Shown in pieces: positions 17,197 to 27,107 of a DNA stretch of 64,000 nucleotides; position 1 is the stretch's first letter, and the number at the start of each line of letters is the position of its first letter. The position numbers and the translations under genes are program-made. The notes beneath the pieces were generated by a model. That model saw only the letters and a list, made by a program, of their open reading frames with translations. It was not told where the DNA came from and ran no database searches. Origin of the DNA: an uncultured Verrucomicrobiota bacterium (GTDB lineage Bacteria > Verrucomicrobiota > Verrucomicrobiia > Limisphaerales > JAEYXS01); contig CAZPUL010000015.1 of NCBI GenBank assembly GCA_964589735.1, positions 11,165 through 75,164 on the forward strand, in the 5' to 3' direction.

Positions 17197-17604
17197 TCAG
17201 GCAACCGGTGGAGCGTGGGCCGCATGGGCAGGCCCCATGACCAGCAGAGGAACGAAAATAGGCGGCGGATCAGACGCCTTTAGAAGCGGATGGGAAAGTG
17301 AAGACAGATCGGTGCCGGCGCAGGGCACCGACGTCATGCCCGGCACTTGCAAGAGTGAACGGACAGGTGTGGAATTCCCGGCGGGAACCACGAAGACACC
17401 CAGCTCCGGCAGCGCAGGGGCTTCTTCACAATTATCAGCAGGCAGACAACCGGATCTGCCGCAGGTCATTTCCTGATCCGCTGCTGAAGTAGCTGACACC
17501 AATGGTGAGACTGCCGTGAATACGAACAGGAAGAGCAGCCACAGCAGCACCAGACGGTGCTCGCCCCGCACATCACGTTGGATGCTGTGTAAGCTCTTGT
17601 TCAT
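17197..17604 (-). CDS. Hypothetical protein with one TM helix
   Basis: 135-aa ORF with HRLVLLWLLFLFVFTAVSPLV and a few Cys. No recognisable family. Confidence 0.35.
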   Translation of the reverse strand: MNKSLHSIQRDVRGEHRLVLLWLLFLFVFTAVSPLVSATSAADQEMTCGRSGCLPADNCEEAPALPELGVFVVPAGNSTPVRSLLQVPGMTSVPCAGTDLSSLSHPLLKASDPPPIFVPLLVMGPAHAAHAPPVA

Positions 17605-17659
17605 ACAATCTGCTCTACCTCAACCTCGACCACTTCGGCCCGAGCGCTTTGCAAATCTT

Positions 17660-17695
17660 GGCGAAAAGTGGCCGTGCCCTGTCCGACACGGCCAC
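17660..17695 (-). terminator. Rho-independent terminator ending the cusCBA-YHS transcription unit
   Basis: gtggccgtg (17668-76) pairs with cacggccac (17687-95), a 9-bp stem. On the minus strand it is followed by ttttcgcc. Confidence 0.7.
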
Positions 17696-17717
17696 GTTAA
17701 TTTCATCAACGAAAGCC

Positions 17718-17963
17718 TTACTTGGCCGGCGCCGTCTTCTTCAGATACTTGTCCGGATCCTTCTTGAAGTCTTTGAGGCAGGATTTGCAGCAAAGCTTCA
17801 CTTCTTTGCCTTCATGCGTGAAGACATACGGCTTGCCCATGCTGCCCAGCTTCTCGCCGGAGACCGGGCAGACTTCCGCCTGCTTGTCCGTTTTCTTGTC
17901 TTCGGCATTCACCGCGCCGATGGTCAGCAAGGCGATGGCCAGTGTTGTCAGTAGTGTTTTCAT
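17718..17963 (-). CDS. Secreted YHS/TRASH-like metal-binding protein
   Basis: Signal peptide, then CPVSGEKL...KEVKLCCKSCLKDFKKDPDKYL, a pattern typical of YHS-domain copper-associated proteins. It starts 37 nt downstream of cusA. Confidence 0.7.
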   Translation of the reverse strand: MKTLLTTLAIALLTIGAVNAEDKKTDKQAEVCPVSGEKLGSMGKPYVFTHEGKEVKLCCKSCLKDFKKDPDKYLKKTAPAK

Positions 17964-18000
17964 GGTTTGTTCTTTTTGGGTTTATGGTCTTTCTCTTAAT

Positions 18001-21000
18001 TTAGACCAGATTGTTGTTTTTCGCTTTCGCGGCTTGCTCGCGCTTCAATTCCCGCTCGCGCAACCACGCGAAGATCACAGGCGTCACGATCAAGATGTGG
18101 ATCAGGCTGCTGATGGAGCCGCCGATCACCGGTGCCGCGATAGGCTGCATGACTTCAGCACCCGGACGCGTGCTCCACATGATGGGCAGCAAACTCGCGA
18201 TGGTGGTCGCAACTGTCATCACCTTCGGGCGCAAGCGCAGCTTCGCCCCTTCCTTCACCGCCTCGATCAGATCGGCTTGATTGAATTCGTCACCGCGCGC
18301 CGCCTTCTTTTTCGCCAGGTATTCCTCCAGATACACGACCATCACCACACCCGTCTGGATGGCGATGCCGAACAGCGCGATGTAGCCGACCCACACCGCC
18401 ACGCTGAAGTTGTAGCCTAGCCAGTATTGCAAGAAGACCCCGCCGCTGAGCGCGAATGGGATCGCGAGGATTACGTGCGCCGCCTCCATCGCCGAGTGAT
18501 AGACGATGTAGAGCAGCATGAAGATGATGAGGGTGACCACCGGCAGGATTACCTTCAACGTCTGCTCTGCGTGGAGCTGGTTCTCATACTGGCCACTGTA
18601 TTCGATCGTCACGCCCGCAGGCAACGTCGGCACAATATCCCGTGCGATGCGTTCCTTGATGTCATCCACGAAACCGCCCAGATCGCGGTCCTGCACATTC
18701 GCCTGCACGAAGAGCCGCAAGCGGCCGTTTTCGCTGGCGATCTCGCTCGGCCCGATGATACGGCTGATCTTCGCCAACTGCCCCAGCGGAATGAACGCAC
18801 CTGAGGGTGTCGGTACCAGGATCTCGCCCAGCCGCTCGATATCATTGCGTTCACTGCGTTCCAGTCGCACTTGAATGGGGTAACGCTCTCGCTTCTCGAT
18901 GGTCGTGGTGAGGTTCATGCCACCGATGCCCGTCTCCACCATCTCCATGATATCGCGCACCTTCAGCCCATAGCGCGCGATGGCCACGCGATCCGGCTCG
19001 ACCTCGATATACGGCTTCGACTGCACGCGCGATGGCGCCACCCCCACCGCACCCGGCACCTGCTGCACCACACGCTCCACATCATACGCAAGCTGCTGCA
19101 ACACATTGATGTCATCGCCCAGAATCTTCACGCCCACTTGCGCACGGATGCCTGTGCTGATCATCAGGATGCGGTTCTCGATCGGTTGCAGGAAGCCCGG
19201 CACATAGCCCGGCACCGCACTGAGCTTCTCCGTGAGTTCCGCGATAAGCTTCTGCTTCGTCATGCCTGCGCGCCACTCGGATTCCGGCTTCAGCATGATG
19301 GTCGTCTCGATCATTTCCACGGGCGCTGGGTCCGTCGCTGTCTCAGCACGCCCCAGCTTGCCGCCCACGCTCAAGACCTCCGGTGTCTGGCTGATGACCG
19401 TGTCCTGCCACGCCATGATGCGCTTCACCTCGGTGAGTGACGTGGAAGGCAGCAGCACCGGCATGAACAAAAGCGAACCTTCATTCAACGCCGGCATGAA
19501 CTCACGCCCGAAACCCGCCGTGAGCTTCGCGAGTTGCGGATGCTTCTTCGCATCGATCTTCTGATGCCACTCACGTGGCAGTCCCCAGGCCACGATCTGT
19601 GAGATGACCAGAATGACCAGCGCTCCCGACATCACCGTCTTTCGCCAGCGCAAAGCCAGATCGAGGAACGGCTCATAGATCCACATGAGGAAACGCATGA
19701 TCCAGTTGCGATCCTCCGCGTGGAATGGTCCGCGGATGAGCAACGAGCACATCACCGGCACAAACGTCACCGCAAGGATGGTCGCACCGACAACCGCAAA
19801 AGTTTTCGTCCACGCCAGCGGATGGAACAGCTTGCCCTCCTGCCCGCTCAGCACGAACACCGGCAGGAACGCGAGGATGACTATGGTCATAGCAAAGAAA
19901 ATGGGCCGGCCCACCAGTTGAGCAGCTTCGAGAGTGGCTTGCCAGGTCTCTTGCGCAGTGAGGCGCCTGCCTTTGTCTTCTTCGGCCCGTTCACAATGCC
20001 GGATGACATTCTCTGTCATCACAATGCCCGCATCCACCAGCACACCAATGGCGATGGCGATGCCCGCCAATGACATGATGTTCGAGCTGATGCCGAAGTA
20101 ATTCATCAGGATGAACGAGATCAGGATGGAAGCCGGCAACGGCAACGTGACGATGAGAATGCTCCGGAAATGAAACAGGAACAGGATGTGCGCCAGCGTC
20201 ACCAGCAGCATCTCCTCGATCAACGCGTGCTTGAGCGTCTCGATGGTGCGGTCGATGAGTTCACTCCGGTCATAGAAGGACTTGATCGTGATGCCCTGTT
20301 TGTCGAGACCGGGCTGGATCTGCGCGATCTTCTCTTTCACGCGCTGGATGACCTCCATAGCGTTCTCACCAGTGCGCATGACGACGATACCGCCCACGAC
20401 TTCCTGGCCGTTCACATCCAGTGTCCCGCGCCGGAAATCGCCCCCGATCTGCACGGTGGCGATGTCCTTCAGATACACGGGCACGCCATTCGTGGACTTG
20501 AGCACGATATTTTCCAGGTCCGCCGGCTTGTTCACCAAACCCACTCCGCGCACCACAAACTCCATCCCGTTCTCCTCGATGACCTTGCCGCCCACGTTCA
20601 GGTTGCTGTCTTTCACCGCCGCCATCACGTCGCTGAGCATGACGTCGGAGGCGCGCATCTTCGTAGGCGAGACTTCGATCTGATACTGCTTCACAAACCC
20701 GCCGATGCTCGCGACTTCTGCCACACCTTGCACGGCGTTGAGCTGATATCGCACGAACCAATCCTGCACCGCGCGCAACTGGCCGAGATCCATCCCGCCG
20801 TCCTTCGCTTTCTTCGGATCGACCTCGAAGTAATATTGATAGATCCAGCCAAGGCCGGTGGCATCGGGGCCCAATTGCGGCGTCACCCCTTGCGGCATCA
20901 GTGTGATGAGATAGTTCAACCGCTCCAGCACGCGCGAGCGTGCGAAGTAATTGTCCACCTTGTCATCAAAGATGACGGTGATGAGCGAGAAGCCGAACAT

Positions 21001-21258
21001 GGATTGCGCCCGCACCGTCTTCACGCCGGAGAGCCCTTGCAGATTCACCGAGAGCGGATACGTCACCTGGTCCTCGACCTCTTCCGGCGAACGCCCGGCC
21101 CAATCGGCAAAGACGATGACCTGGTTCTCGCTCAGATCCGGGATGGCATCCACCGGCGTGCGATAGAGCGACCGCACGCCCCATGCTGTGAGGATGAGAA
21201 ACCCGCAGATGATCAGGAAGCGGTTCCTCAACGACCATTCTATAAGGCGATTTATCAT
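18001..21258 (-). CDS. cusA: CusA/CzcA-family heavy-metal efflux RND permease
   Basis: Collinear with E. coli CusA as recalled: AIPDLSENQVIVFADWAGRSPEEVEDQVTYPL. The Cu(I)/Ag(I) Met triad appears conserved (LLFMPV, APVEMIETT, RILMISTGI). Start taken at MINRLIEWSL (21258). Confidence 0.9.
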   Translation of the reverse strand: MINRLIEWSLRNRFLIICGFLILTAWGVRSLYRTPVDAIPDLSENQVIVFADWAGRSPEEVEDQVTYPLSVNLQGLSGVKTVRAQSMFGFSLITVIFDDKVDNYFARSRVLERLNYLITLMPQGVTPQLGPDATGLGWIYQYYFEVDPKKAKDGGMDLGQLRAVQDWFVRYQLNAVQGVAEVASIGGFVKQYQIEVSPTKMRASDVMLSDVMAAVKDSNLNVGGKVIEENGMEFVVRGVGLVNKPADLENIVLKSTNGVPVYLKDIATVQIGGDFRRGTLDVNGQEVVGGIVVMRTGENAMEVIQRVKEKIAQIQPGLDKQGITIKSFYDRSELIDRTIETLKHALIEEMLLVTLAHILFLFHFRSILIVTLPLPASILISFILMNYFGISSNIMSLAGIAIAIGVLVDAGIVMTENVIRHCERAEEDKGRRLTAQETWQATLEAAQLVGRPIFFAMTIVILAFLPVFVLSGQEGKLFHPLAWTKTFAVVGATILAVTFVPVMCSLLIRGPFHAEDRNWIMRFLMWIYEPFLDLALRWRKTVMSGALVILVISQIVAWGLPREWHQKIDAKKHPQLAKLTAGFGREFMPALNEGSLLFMPVLLPSTSLTEVKRIMAWQDTVISQTPEVLSVGGKLGRAETATDPAPVEMIETTIMLKPESEWRAGMTKQKLIAELTEKLSAVPGYVPGFLQPIENRILMISTGIRAQVGVKILGDDINVLQQLAYDVERVVQQVPGAVGVAPSRVQSKPYIEVEPDRVAIARYGLKVRDIMEMVETGIGGMNLTTTIEKRERYPIQVRLERSERNDIERLGEILVPTPSGAFIPLGQLAKISRIIGPSEIASENGRLRLFVQANVQDRDLGGFVDDIKERIARDIVPTLPAGVTIEYSGQYENQLHAEQTLKVILPVVTLIIFMLLYIVYHSAMEAAHVILAIPFALSGGVFLQYWLGYNFSVAVWVGYIALFGIAIQTGVVMVVYLEEYLAKKKAARGDEFNQADLIEAVKEGAKLRLRPKVMTVATTIASLLPIMWSTRPGAEVMQPIAAPVIGGSISSLIHILIVTPVIFAWLRERELKREQAAKAKNNNLV

Positions 21259-21541
21259 GACAGGAAATGGGTGATGGATTGGCCGCAAGAAAGCGAAAAA
21301 GGAGAAAATGGCCACATGAAATCCGAGGCGATGAACCTTCTATTCGCTGACGCGAGCATTTCCCGTGGAGCGCGGCATTTATGCCGCTTCAAGGTAGGCT
21401 TGCCGAGCGACTCGGTTACTTCATGGGCCTCGAAATTGTGGACGCTGAAGCGGCTTAAAAGCCGCGCTCCATATCCGCGTGCTACGGCGCGCACGTTTAT
21501 TCCATTCTTTTGCGCCTCTTGCGCTTGATTGCGGCCAGCGT

Positions 21542-23302
21542 TCACGGCTTCACCTCCACCCCGCATTCGAGCATCTCGGCACCGAAATAGGGATTACGCA
21601 AAGTTGGGTTGAGCTGGATCCAGTCCGCCGTGCGCGGCGCACCTTCAAAAGCATCCTTTGTCATCGGACACCGGAAAACTTTCAGCGTCTTGAAAGCACC
21701 CTCCTGTCGGCGCAAAGCCTGCGTCAACTCCACCACGGCCACGCTGAAGGGATGGAACACTTTCCGCGCGCCCGTCAGATTGGCTGCATTCGTGAGATGA
21801 CCGCTCTTCTCGATCGGATCGATGAGCTTGCGCCACGGACTGTCCGCCGCGAAGGCCTTGCCCAAGGCCGGGGTCGCCGTGTGAGTCAGGCCCGCTTGCG
21901 TATTGAATTCCGCCAAATTATCCGCTGCCAACGCCGCCGTGATGGCATCCGCCAGCTTGAGATACTCGGTGACCGCCGCCGATTGCTCCGTTGTTAATGC
22001 CGGTAACACCACTGCTGCCACGGCGGGCTTCGCACTGGCTGTGCCATGATCGTGACCCGCCGCCGGACTTGCGCTCGCATTCAATTGCGCCTGGGCATCG
22101 ATGAGCAAGTTGCCCTGCGTGACCACCGCCTCACCTTCCTTGACCCCCTCGAGGATTTCCCAGACGCCATCCGCCGCGCGGCCCAGCTTCACCGTACGTT
22201 GCTCGTAAGCACTGCCGCCCTTGTCCACATAGAGCAACGCCTTGCTGCTCTCCGCCATGAGGATGGCGGAGCGCGGCACGACCAGGGCGGGAGCCGAATC
22301 CACCTTCACGCGCGCCTCCGCGTAGAGCCGGTGCGACAGCTCGCGACGACGCACGCCATCCACCTCGATAACCGGGTTCGGGATCTCCACGCGCACCTTC
22401 GTGCTGCGGGTCATCATGTTGATATTGGGATCTATGAACGTGATGGCCGCCTTGAAGAGCTTGTTTGGTACGGAAGGCGTGGTGATCTCCACTTCCTGGC
22501 CGATCTTCAACCAGGCAAGGTCCTGTTCATACGCATCGAAGAGCAGCCACATCTTCGAGAAATCCGCGATCTCAAACAGCATCTCCCCATCCATCACATA
22601 CTGGCCCGCATATACTTTCCGCGCGACGACCGTGCCGCTCACCGGCGCAAGAATCTCCGTGTGGATCTTGTCCGCCGATTTCTCGGATAGGGCTGCGATC
22701 TGTTTCTCATTCAGCCCATATTGCGTCAGCCGCAACTTGGCCGCACTGAGCAGACGCTGGGCATCCTCACTGGATTTCGCCGTGCGCGCGAGATTCACAT
22801 ACTCCCGCTCGGCCGCCAGCAGCATGGGACTGTACATCGTCGCCAGCGGCTGGCCTTCGGTGACTTCTGCACCGATGTAGTTCACGAACAGTTCATCGAT
22901 GCGCCCCTTCACATACGCGGAGAGCACGCGGTGCTTGGAATCATCATCATCAACCGTGCCCGCGAAACGGAACGCGCGCGTCAGCGGCTGTTTGCGGGCG
23001 GGCGTGGTCTGCACATGGATGATCTGGATGGAGTTCGAGCCGAGCACCACCGTGCCCGCGACCGACTCGATGCCTTTCTCGCCCTCATACACCGGCGTGA
23101 GTTCCATGCCGCAGATGGTGCATTTGCCGGGCTTGTCGGACTTGATCCACGGATGCATGGCACTTTGGTAGAATAGCACCTTGCGCTCGGAGGTTTCGCC
23201 TGCGGCGGCATGGCCGCCATACTTCTGCGTGGCGTAGTAGTAGCCGCCGAACGCCGCTCCGGCGATAGCGAGGACAACCAGGATGAAGGGAATGGGTTTC
23301 AT
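21542..23302 (-). CDS. cusB: RND efflux periplasmic adaptor (CusB-like) with an N-terminal heavy-metal-binding domain and a C-terminal extra domain
   Basis: YQSAMHPWIKSDKPGKCTICGMELTPV motif, an HlyD/CusB-like core, and a C-terminal ~150 aa ending FRCPMTKDAFEG...GAEMLECGVEV. Confidence 0.85.
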   Translation of the reverse strand: MKPIPFILVVLAIAGAAFGGYYYATQKYGGHAAAGETSERKVLFYQSAMHPWIKSDKPGKCTICGMELTPVYEGEKGIESVAGTVVLGSNSIQIIHVQTTPARKQPLTRAFRFAGTVDDDDSKHRVLSAYVKGRIDELFVNYIGAEVTEGQPLATMYSPMLLAAEREYVNLARTAKSSEDAQRLLSAAKLRLTQYGLNEKQIAALSEKSADKIHTEILAPVSGTVVARKVYAGQYVMDGEMLFEIADFSKMWLLFDAYEQDLAWLKIGQEVEITTPSVPNKLFKAAITFIDPNINMMTRSTKVRVEIPNPVIEVDGVRRRELSHRLYAEARVKVDSAPALVVPRSAILMAESSKALLYVDKGGSAYEQRTVKLGRAADGVWEILEGVKEGEAVVTQGNLLIDAQAQLNASASPAAGHDHGTASAKPAVAAVVLPALTTEQSAAVTEYLKLADAITAALAADNLAEFNTQAGLTHTATPALGKAFAADSPWRKLIDPIEKSGHLTNAANLTGARKVFHPFSVAVVELTQALRRQEGAFKTLKVFRCPMTKDAFEGAPRTADWIQLNPTLRNPYFGAEMLECGVEVKP

Positions 23303-23310
23303 GAGTAAAT

Positions 23311-24672
23311 TCAGTTTCTAGGTTTCGCTTCTGACTCCTCTGCAGGCATGGCTCCGATCATCTCGAGAGCTTCAAAATCACCGAGCCCGCAGCACAAGAC
23401 GAGTTCCGCCATGGCTTGATATTGCCTGGTGATGGACTTGGCACGGCTGAGTTCGGCTTCCAACAGCATACGGCGAGCATCAAGCACATCACGCAACGGA
23501 CCGGAGTTCGCCTGCCAGGCGGCATGCATGCTCTCCAGCATCTGTCGCGTGCGCGGGATGATGTTGTCCTGATAAAGCAAAGCCTCGCGCCGGGCCGCAT
23601 CGATCTGCACGGTGAGGTCGTGCACCTCATGCCGCACCTCCAGCTCGGCATCGCTCACGTCCTTCTCCATCGCCTGCTTCTTGGTCTCCTCGCGCACGAC
23701 GTCCTGTTTGTAACGGTCGCGATTGAACCACGGCAGCGAAAGTGAAAGCATGATCTCGCCCGAGCGAAACTCACCGGTGCCGGTATAGTTGCGGCCTTGC
23801 AATCCCAACCCCAGATCGGGACGGCGCCGCACCTTGGCAAGCGCGATATCCTCGTCCGCCACCTGCAACTGCTGCCGCAGCACCCGGAGTCGAGGTTCAT
23901 GTTTCACGGCAAGATTCGCGAGCCGTTCGCTATACTGGATGGGGCCGGCCAGCTCAGACAGCCGCAGCTCCGGCCAGGTATTGGTCAGCGGGAGATTCAG
24001 AAAGCGGTTCAGGGTGAACCATGCGTGATGCAGCATCCGCTCCTCGGTCCGCACTTCCTCGCGCCGCTTCGCGAGCTCATTTTGCACGCGTAACACATCG
24101 CTCTGCATGGCATTACCGAAGCGATACTGCGCCTCGACCGCCTGCTCCAACGATTTCAACCACTCGATATCCTCATGCGCAACATGCACGGCCTTGCTGA
24201 CGTAGGCCGTGTCAAAAAGGGCCTTGGCCAAGTCACGCCGCAGGATCTGGAACCGGGCTTCACGCTCGGCTTCACCTACGGCCACACTTGCGTTCGCTGT
24301 TTGGCGTTCCTGCTTTTCTTTGCCGAAGACGGGCAGCTTCTGCTCCACGCCGTAGAAAAAATCCCCATCATCCGCGCGCATGGCTTTGCTCGCCGCCATA
24401 CCGCCCGCCGTGAACGTCGGGTCGGACCACGAGCGCACCGCCGCGGCGTTCGCCTGCGTGGACTCGATGCGTTTGCCCGCCGCCTGAAGCGCCGGATGAT
24501 TCGTGCGCATCTGTTCCGCCAAGGCAGCCAGATAGGCGGGGGTGAGCGCGACGGTATTGGTGGAGATATGGGGGACAAGGTTGGTGGTTTCAGTCGCTTT
24601 CCCAATGGTGCCCAGTGCGGTCATCACCGCCAGCACCAGATAGCTTGCCAAAATATATTTCGAACGTTGCAT
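23311..24672 (-). CDS. cusC: TolC-family outer membrane efflux protein (CusC-like)
   Basis: 453 aa with a signal peptide and duplicated OEP-type coiled-coil repeats. It is the first gene of the C-B-A order. Confidence 0.8.
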   Translation of the reverse strand: MQRSKYILASYLVLAVMTALGTIGKATETTNLVPHISTNTVALTPAYLAALAEQMRTNHPALQAAGKRIESTQANAAAVRSWSDPTFTAGGMAASKAMRADDGDFFYGVEQKLPVFGKEKQERQTANASVAVGEAEREARFQILRRDLAKALFDTAYVSKAVHVAHEDIEWLKSLEQAVEAQYRFGNAMQSDVLRVQNELAKRREEVRTEERMLHHAWFTLNRFLNLPLTNTWPELRLSELAGPIQYSERLANLAVKHEPRLRVLRQQLQVADEDIALAKVRRRPDLGLGLQGRNYTGTGEFRSGEIMLSLSLPWFNRDRYKQDVVREETKKQAMEKDVSDAELEVRHEVHDLTVQIDAARREALLYQDNIIPRTRQMLESMHAAWQANSGPLRDVLDARRMLLEAELSRAKSITRQYQAMAELVLCCGLGDFEALEMIGAMPAEESEAKPRN

Positions 24673-24826
24673 GAGATTCCTCCTGACACTTCACCCGGTC
24701 AGGTCGGGTCGGTTTGGGATCGTGGACCGGCGGATGCAGACCACCGGACCTATGGCCACGGATAACGCACCGTGGTGTGGGAAAAGCGCGGTACGTGAAG
24801 ACACTTCACGTGCGCTGGTAGGAATC

Positions 24827-25174
24827 TCAAATCAGGAAGGTGCAGTTCCAACAGTAGAGCGGAACAGCGGAAACGGAAAAATCAGCGGTATGGACCGGTT
24901 GGGATGCCAGCGGCATCGGCACCGGCGAAGCCAGCAACGTGACCGCCGTTTCCAGCGCAGCGACCAGTTGCTGCTCAGTCACCCGGGTCGAAGGAGCGGG
25001 CACCGTGGGTTGCGTGGGGGCTGGCGTGGAAGCCGGAGCCACACAGCAACTTACCATCTTGCAGGAACAATCGTCACAGGCATCCGCCAGCCGCTGGGAA
25101 GCGGACGGCATAGCACTTGCCCACTGGCCCAGGACCAGCAGGAGGCTAAACATGATGGCAAATGCACGACGCAT
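24827..25174 (-). CDS. Small secreted Cys-rich protein upstream of cusC
   Basis: MRRAFAIMFSLLLVLGQWASA signal, then ADACDDCSCKMVSCCVAP, a Pro/Thr linker and a C-terminal YCWNC. Start is uncertain (25174 or 25153). Confidence 0.45.
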   Translation of the reverse strand: MRRAFAIMFSLLLVLGQWASAMPSASQRLADACDDCSCKMVSCCVAPASTPAPTQPTVPAPSTRVTEQQLVAALETAVTLLASPVPMPLASQPVHTADFSVSAVPLYCWNCTFLI

Positions 25175-25372
25175 ATCTCTATCTACTTTATACTTATACA
25201 CCCAAAGACCGGGTTTCGCTCAAACTTATTTTTTGGACCGTGTTATTACGACTTCCACCCTATCAGACGCAGCAGCGGCTTTGGCATTACACCCATTGCG
25301 GTAATTTCACCCGGGATTGCCGCGCGGCTGGCCCAGCCTTTACTCCCGGGCCGCATCCACTATCCTCCCGTC

Positions 25373-26464
25373 ATGCGTACGGTTCACGTTGCCTTGGGCA
25401 ACCGAAGTTATGACATCCTGATAGGCCGCAATCTCCTCGCCCGCCTGGGCCGTGAGTGCCGCAAGCTGGCGCTCGGCAAACGGTGCGCGGTGATCGCGGA
25501 TACGAATACGGCGCCGCTCTTCGCGGACACCGCCCTGAAATCTCTGACCGCCGCCGGTTTCGAGCCCGTGCTCATCACGATGCCCGCGGGCGAGCAGTCC
25601 AAGAATCTCAAGGTCGTCGAGCAATGCTACAACCAGCTCGCCGCGCACCGGCTGGAGCGGAAATCCTTCATCGTCGCGCTCGGTGGCGGCGTAGTGGGTG
25701 ATCTGGCGGGTTTCGTGGCGGCCACTTACTTGCGCGGCATGGCCTTCGTGCAGGTGCCTACGACCTTGCTCGCGCAGGTTGATAGTTCCGTTGGTGGCAA
25801 GACGGGAGTGAACCTGAAATCTGGCAAGAATCTGGTCGGTGCCTTCCATCAGCCGAAGCTGGTGCTGTGCGATCAGGACACCTTGAAGACGCTGCCCGAG
25901 CGGGAGCTCAAAGCCGGCCTCGCCGAGGTCATCAAGTACGGCATCATCTATGACGCCAAGTTCTTCGCACGATTGGAAAAGGATCTGCCCAAGCTCTTGC
26001 AACGCGACAGTGCCGCACTGACCCATGCCGTCGCGCGCTCTTGTGAAGTAAAAGCCGAGGTGGTGAGCCAGGACGAGACGGAGACGGGCTTGCGCGCCAT
26101 CTTGAATTTCGGCCACACGATTGGCCACGGTCTGGAAGCGATCTCCTCCTACGGCAAGTATCTGCATGGCGAAGCCATCTCCATCGGCCAGGTCGCGGCC
26201 GCACATCTCTCGGCGCACCTGAGCGGCTTGAGCATCGCGGAGGTGGAGCGCATCGCCACGCTGTTCTCGCGTGCGGGTCTGCCCATCGCGGTGAAACTCT
26301 CCGCCAGCCAGCGCAAGGCGCTTTTCGCCGCGATGCGGCTGGACAAGAAGGTCAGCGGTGGTGAGATCAAATTCGTCCTGGCGAAGAAGCTGGGCACAAT
26401 CGTCTGGGGACAGCAAGTGCTTGACGCCGTCATCAACGAAGTGCTGGACGAGATCGCCGACTGA
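25373..26464 (+). CDS. aroB: 3-dehydroquinate synthase
   Basis: MRTVHVALGNRSYDILIG..., GGGVVGDLAGF, and HTIGHGLE metal ligands. The upstream 234 codons of the 597-aa ORF are not AroB-like and were discarded. Confidence 0.9.
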   Translation: MRTVHVALGNRSYDILIGRNLLARLGRECRKLALGKRCAVIADTNTAPLFADTALKSLTAAGFEPVLITMPAGEQSKNLKVVEQCYNQLAAHRLERKSFIVALGGGVVGDLAGFVAATYLRGMAFVQVPTTLLAQVDSSVGGKTGVNLKSGKNLVGAFHQPKLVLCDQDTLKTLPERELKAGLAEVIKYGIIYDAKFFARLEKDLPKLLQRDSAALTHAVARSCEVKAEVVSQDETETGLRAILNFGHTIGHGLEAISSYGKYLHGEAISIGQVAAAHLSAHLSGLSIAEVERIATLFSRAGLPIAVKLSASQRKALFAAMRLDKKVSGGEIKFVLAKKLGTIVWGQQVLDAVINEVLDEIAD

Positions 26465-26469
26465 TTAGA

Positions 26470-26499
26470 TTTGAACTTTGAGCTTTAAACTTTGAACTT
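26470..26499. repeat. Tandem heptamer array TTTGAAC TTTGAGC TTTAAAC TTTGAAC
   Basis: Four consecutive 7-mers begin 6 nt after the aroB stop. The reverse complement, GTTCAAA/GCTCAAA, matches the arrays at 7866-7880 and 8681-8701. Confidence 0.8.
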
Positions 26500-26505
26500 A
26501 CGCTT

Positions 26506-27099
26506 ATGTCTGCTGTCAGCGAAACGATCGTCCGCGAGTATTTCGAGCTCCACGGTTTCTTCGTCCGCCAGCAGCGCAAGTATGTGGCACCCTCCAAGCG
26601 CGAGGATGACGACATCGATTTCTTTGTCCTGAATCCGCGCTACGAACTCTCCTCGGTGCCGCTTCCGTTCGTGCTGGGCTCACGGGATCTGCCCAGCATC
26701 GCGCGGGCCGTGGTGGTGGTGAAGGGCTGGCATACGGAGACCTTCAGCCCGGCGGTACTGGCGCATGCGCCGGAGATCTTCCGCTTCGTGCAACCCGAAG
26801 TGTTCAAGCAGGCGGAGAAAGCCATCGGCGAAGGCGGCCCCGTGACTAAGATCCTCGTGGTGCCCGCTTTGCCTCATAGCGCCGAAGCCCGCGACCAAAG
26901 CATCGAGCTGCTGCGCGTGAAAGGCATCGATGCCGTCATCCCCTTCCAGAGCATGCTCAGCGACCTGGTGGAGCATACGGAGACGAACCGCAACTACCAG
27001 AAGTCCGACCTGCTCCAGATGATCCGCATCCTGAAAAACTACGATTTCTTCAAGGAACCGCAGTTGGAACTGTTCAAAACGAAACGCAAGAAGAGGTGA
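26506..27099 (+). CDS. Hypothetical protein
   Basis: 197-aa ORF with coding-like composition. A weak nuclease-fold-like pattern (DDDIDFFV ... AVVVVKGW) is not convincing. Confidence 0.55.
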   Translation: MSAVSETIVREYFELHGFFVRQQRKYVAPSKREDDDIDFFVLNPRYELSSVPLPFVLGSRDLPSIARAVVVVKGWHTETFSPAVLAHAPEIFRFVQPEVFKQAEKAIGEGGPVTKILVVPALPHSAEARDQSIELLRVKGIDAVIPFQSMLSDLVEHTETNRNYQKSDLLQMIRILKNYDFFKEPQLELFKTKRKKR

Positions 27100-27107
27100 C
27101 GCACCGG

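Noticed and set aside
24671-25372. N-terminal 234 codons of the 597-aa ORF containing aroB
   Set aside because: The AroB homology starts at MRTVHVALGN (25373). The upstream part overlaps the cusC start and the opposite-strand small Cys-rich ORF and does not look like protein.
26470-26499. Tandem short repeats (here and at 3993-4145) as a possible CRISPR array
   Set aside because: The units are 7-10 bp and contiguous, with no spacers. There are no cas genes, and the repeats are far shorter than CRISPR repeats.
26506-27099. PD-(D/E)xK nuclease assignment for the hypothetical protein
   Set aside because: A D...VVK pattern is present, but the acidic residue of the (D/E)xK motif is missing. The evidence is too weak to call a nuclease.
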